From assembly GCA_964389595.1 (NCBI GenBank), contig CAYMEL010000002.1:20278-84277 (forward strand): a stretch of DNA of 64,000 bases. Reading direction: 5' to 3'. This stretch comes from an uncultured Chlorobium sp. Its GTDB lineage: Bacteria > Bacteroidota > Chlorobiia > Chlorobiales > Chlorobiaceae. The notes below the pieces were generated by a model. It had not been told where the DNA came from, ran no database searches, and saw nothing but the letters and a program-made list of their open reading frames with translations. Position numbers and translations under genes: made by a program. Positions within the stretch are counted from its first letter, which is position 1. Each line of letters begins with the position of its first letter. Below are positions 60,358-64,000 of this stretch, one piece after another.

Positions 60358-61998
60358 TCAACAGTTTCGGACTGTCGATGAGTTCCTGTCCTTGATGGTG
60401 CTTTCATCGAACTCATCCCAGTCATGCTCGTCATGTTCGCGCTGATAACCGGCTTCCTTCAGGCCAAAACTCATATCGGCAACCATTTCAGGCCGCTTTT
60501 CCTTGAGGTTTTTCACCTCTTCCTGAGTGAGAATCCTTGATTTATCGAACCCGAGGTCGATCTCGACTTTGCGGTTCTTGGTTTTGACACGATCGATATC
60601 GTAGAACCTCTTTGTGAGGGTTGTCTGCGCAAACGCTTTCAGACAGCCGAGCATGTATTTACGGACATAGGGATCCTTGATCCATGGGTAACCGAAAAAT
60701 GTTTTTCGGGCGTAAAAACGTCCGTATGATTTCAGCACGCCTTTCAGAACGTCTTCGCGTTCCATGTTATCGGGTTTGATGATCGGGGAGACGAAGTTAT
60801 AGCGCGAGTAGTCGCGTACTTCAACCCTGTCACCAAGCTCCTTGAAAAGATCGGAGAACGGCCATGGCGTGTAAATGGTCCAGTTGGCCATATCGGGGTC
60901 CCAGTCTTTGCAGAGCTGATAGGTTTCCTCGATGGTTTCCGGCGTTTCATGTTCAAGACCCATCACAAACTGCGCTTCGGCCACAATGCCGTTTTTCTGC
61001 AGCAGCTTGATGGCGTATTTGTTCTCCTCGATGGTTGTTTCTTTACGGAAACGGTTGAGGTTCATCTGGCTGGCAGCTTCCGTACCGAGCGATACGTGAA
61101 CAAGGCCGGCTTTTCGGAAGAAGGGCAGCAAGTCTGCATCACGCATGATATCGGTCACCCTGGTGTTGATGCCCCAGGTTACATCGAGCTTCCTGTCGAT
61201 AAGTTCCTGACAGAGCGAGACGAATTTCTGTTTGTTGATTGTCGGCTCTTCGTCGGCAAGAATAAAGAACCCGACGTTGTATTTCTTGACCAGTATTTCG
61301 ATTTCATCGACAAAATGCTTCGGGCTTCTTGCTCTGTAACGGCGCCAGAACTGCCATTGTGAACAGAAAGTACAGGTGAATGGACAGCCGCGTGCGAAGT
61401 TAGGGACCGCAAGGCGGCAACCAAGGGGTGTGTAAATATACTGGTCCCAGTCATAGAGACTCCAGTCGGGCGTCAGGTCGTCGAGATCTTCGATTACCGG
61501 ATGAGCCGGTGTGGCGTGGACTTCTCCATCGTCATTGATATAGGCGATACCGGTGATGTTCTCACGCTCTTTCAGGTCGGTGCCTGCATCGATGGCCTTG
61601 ATGATGTTGACGGCAACCTCTTCTCCTTCACCGCGAATGACGTAATCGGTCTCGGGAGCTTCCGAGAGAACCTGAGGGTACATGAAGGTCGAATGAATGC
61701 CGCCCATGATCGTTCTGATCTTCGGATCGACTTTCTTTGCGATCTTCATGATATCCTGAGCCTTGAAGATGGAGGGGGTGATATTGGTTGTCATGACCAC
61801 GTCCGGCTTGTTTTTCCGGATGATCTCCTCAATGGTTTCATCCGGCAGATCCTCGGCCATGGCATCAACAAATCGAATTTGAGTAAAGCCTGCTTTTTTC
61901 AGTGCACCGCCGATGTATGCGACCCAGCTTGGTGTCCAGTTTCCGGCGATTTCGGCTCCTCCAGAGTGATAATTTGGCTGAACCATCAAAATTTTCAT
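60358..61998 (-). CDS. bchE: anaerobic Mg-protoporphyrin IX monomethyl ester cyclase
   Basis: QPNYHSGGAEIAGNW, B12-binding region, RGCPFTCTFCSQW. Confidence 0.96.
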   Translation of the reverse strand: MKILMVQPNYHSGGAEIAGNWTPSWVAYIGGALKKAGFTQIRFVDAMAEDLPDETIEEIIRKNKPDVVMTTNITPSIFKAQDIMKIAKKVDPKIRTIMGGIHSTFMYPQVLSEAPETDYVIRGEGEEVAVNIIKAIDAGTDLKERENITGIAYINDDGEVHATPAHPVIEDLDDLTPDWSLYDWDQYIYTPLGCRLAVPNFARGCPFTCTFCSQWQFWRRYRARSPKHFVDEIEILVKKYNVGFFILADEEPTINKQKFVSLCQELIDRKLDVTWGINTRVTDIMRDADLLPFFRKAGLVHVSLGTEAASQMNLNRFRKETTIEENKYAIKLLQKNGIVAEAQFVMGLEHETPETIEETYQLCKDWDPDMANWTIYTPWPFSDLFKELGDRVEVRDYSRYNFVSPIIKPDNMEREDVLKGVLKSYGRFYARKTFFGYPWIKDPYVRKYMLGCLKAFAQTTLTKRFYDIDRVKTKNRKVEIDLGFDKSRILTQEEVKNLKEKRPEMVADMSFGLKEAGYQREHDEHDWDEFDESTIKDRNSSTVRNC

Positions 61999-62142
61999 CG
62001 GTATCCACCCTCCTGATAGGTTTGTTAAAAGCTCTTCAGCTTGTCCGGCAACGATTGAGAGAAAAGGTCGTTTTGGTTCCGAAAGTCTAAAGAACGCCTA
62101 ATTTACAATTAATTTCTCAAAGTAACAGTATAGCGCTGGATA

Positions 62143-62844
62143 TTACTTCCTTTCAGCGTGCATGAGCATGGTATGATAAAACCCGAAACTTATTTTCTGT
62201 CTGTTTTTTACAATCATTCCGGTTTCCTCCATCGCCCGGTTCATATTTTCATCCGTGATCATCTGGATCGTTGTTCTGCGTTCTTTTTTCGGGAAAAATC
62301 CTCCTATCCAGTGCTGTAACGCGAGAATCCTGTTGTAAGGAGCATAGGTGAAAATAATCGGGCCTTTCGTAAGGTTGGACAGGTTTTTGAATGCTTCTAT
62401 GAATCCATCAGCAGGATAATGAATGAGTACATCGAAACAGACGACAGCGTCATAGATCCCTTTTACCGCTTCAATGGTATTCACTTCGAAATCTATCTGG
62501 TCTTCGACACCTTTGGCTTTGGCTTCTTCGCGTGATTTGTTCACCATCTGTGCAGCAATATCAACGGCTTTGACGTTGTAACCATTCCCTGCAAGGCGGA
62601 TGCTGAAAAGGCCGGTGCCGCATCCTGCATCCAGAATTGTCGAATTTTCGGGCAGATTGAGCTGCTGAAGCCACTCGTAGGCTTTATCCATCATAACGGC
62701 ATGACCCTCTCTGACCGTCGTTCGAACGGTTGAAAGCTTTTCGTTTCCGTAAATTGATGACCAGCGATTGAATCCGTTTCCGTTAAAATAGGAACGGAGC
62801 ATTTTCTGATGCTCTTCAGCATTGAATGATGATGTATTGCTCAT
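62143..62844 (-). CDS. bchM: Mg-protoporphyrin IX methyltransferase
   Basis: [32 protein letters not shown]. Confidence 0.95.
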   Translation of the reverse strand: MSNTSSFNAEEHQKMLRSYFNGNGFNRWSSIYGNEKLSTVRTTVREGHAVMMDKAYEWLQQLNLPENSTILDAGCGTGLFSIRLAGNGYNVKAVDIAAQMVNKSREEAKAKGVEDQIDFEVNTIEAVKGIYDAVVCFDVLIHYPADGFIEAFKNLSNLTKGPIIFTYAPYNRILALQHWIGGFFPKKERRTTIQMITDENMNRAMEETGMIVKNRQKISFGFYHTMLMHAERK

Positions 62845-62891
62845 GCTGTTTGTCGTGATTGAATAGGTTAGGTTTCGGATTCTCTTTTCTC

Positions 62892-64000
62892 TTAAGGTTC
62901 GCTTTGTACTCCTTCCATATGACTTTCCAGCTCGGAATAGAGCTCCTGTAATTCCTCGAGGGTTTCGCCGTCAGTTTGCCAGAAGCCTCTCGAATGTGCT
63001 TCGAGAAGACGTCTTGTCATCGACATGGTGGCATGCGGATTAAGCGTTTTCAGTTTTTCAAGCATCTCCCTGTCCTGCAGGTAGGTCTCGTTGAACTGCG
63101 TGTAGGTCCAGTCCTTCACCGCCGAAGCGGTTGCGCTCCACCCATAGGTGTTACTGAGATGTGACTCGATTTCGCGAACCCCTTCGTAACCATGTTCGAG
63201 CATGGATTCATACCACTTGGGGTTCAGAAGCTTGGTCCTTGCTTCCAGTGCTACTTTACTCTCGAGAGAGCTGATTTTCTGCTTTTTACCGAAACCGTTG
63301 ATATCTCCGACCATGACTTTCGGTTTTGTGCGGCTGACCTGTTCGACCGATTTGGAGAGGCCGCCAAGATACTCGTAATAATGGTCGATATCCGATATGC
63401 CTATCTCGTAACTGTCAATGTTCTGATACGTCAGTGTAACATTGCGCAAGGCAGAAGTTAATATTTCCGGTGATTCTTCCCATGCCCCTTCTCTGCCGAA
63501 CGCGAAACTTTTTCGGTTTATAAAGGTTTCGGACAGCTCATTGTCGGTTTCCCAGCTGCTGCTTTCGACAAGATGGTTCACATTGGCGCCGTAGCTGCCG
63601 GGTGCGTTCGAAAAGATCCTGTTCGTCGCTTTTTCAAAGGAGACTCCTTCTTCCTGAACTTGCCGTAACACGTTTTTTCGAATGAAGTTGACGGATTCCG
63701 GTTCGTCCAGGGCTGCAGCAAGGCGAACTGCCTTGTCCAGCATGGTTATCTGGTGGGACAGCAGGTCCCGGAATATGCCGCTGACCGTGATGACGACATC
63801 GATACGGGGTCTTTCCAGTTCATCCTGCGAAATAAGTTCAACGTCGCTTATTTTACCCATCTCGTCGGTTTTCGGTCGGGCTCCGATAAGCGCAAGAGCC
63901 TGTGCGACGCCTTCACCGTCGCTTTTGATGTTGTCGGTTCCCCAGAGCACAATCGCTATGGATTCCGGAAACGTGCCGCTCTCTTCCCGGTAGCGGTCAA
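62892..64000 (-). CDS. bchH: magnesium chelatase H subunit (5' part beyond window)
   Basis: Frame open to the edge ([15 protein letters not shown]), [19 protein letters not shown]; adjacent to bchM-bchE; paralogue identity (H vs S/T) inferred from context. Confidence 0.85.
   Translation of the reverse strand, partial: DRYREESGTFPESIAIVLWGTDNIKSDGEGVAQALALIGARPKTDEMGKISDVELISQDELERPRIDVVITVSGIFRDLLSHQITMLDKAVRLAAALDEPESVNFIRKNVLRQVQEEGVSFEKATNRIFSNAPGSYGANVNHLVESSSWETDNELSETFINRKSFAFGREGAWEESPEILTSALRNVTLTYQNIDSYEIGISDIDHYYEYLGGLSKSVEQVSRTKPKVMVGDINGFGKKQKISSLESKVALEARTKLLNPKWYESMLEHGYEGVREIESHLSNTYGWSATASAVKDWTYTQFNETYLQDREMLEKLKTLNPHATMSMTRRLLEAHSRGFWQTDGETLEELQELYSELESHMEGVQSEP

Overview
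Chromosomal window of a green sulfur bacterium (Chlorobiaceae; inferred from bchNBL, bchJ, bchK-like, cruC-like and bchE/bchM/bchH genes). It opens with the end of the spc/alpha ribosomal cluster (rplR to rplQ, including a 38-aa rpmJ missed by the ORF track). The rest is mostly housekeeping, envelope, Fe-S and photosynthetic-pigment genes. Two small accessory patches interrupt it: about 17.6-19.9 kb (HAD, addiction-module TA pair, antitoxin remnants, fused double-HhH gene) and about 50.3-52.3 kb (Phd-VapC pair, frameshifted DUF4062-like gene, four-helix-bundle gene). Features most worth follow-up: (1) an unannotated ~175-nt rod-shaped, 6S-RNA-like element between cysS and engB; (2) an Avd/IVP-fold four-helix-bundle gene preceded by inverted arms built from 9-nt periodic repeats, with related 9-nt arrays nearby and 7-nt arrays at several gene 3' ends; (3) a TPR lipoprotein with a CHAT-like domain lacking its catalytic core; (4) tandem bchK paralogues plus a prenyl-alcohol kinase; (5) GlgA-like and ManC-like proteins with eroded catalytic motifs. 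No tRNA, rRNA, CRISPR array, integrase or transposase was seen. All family calls come from motif recognition, not database searches.
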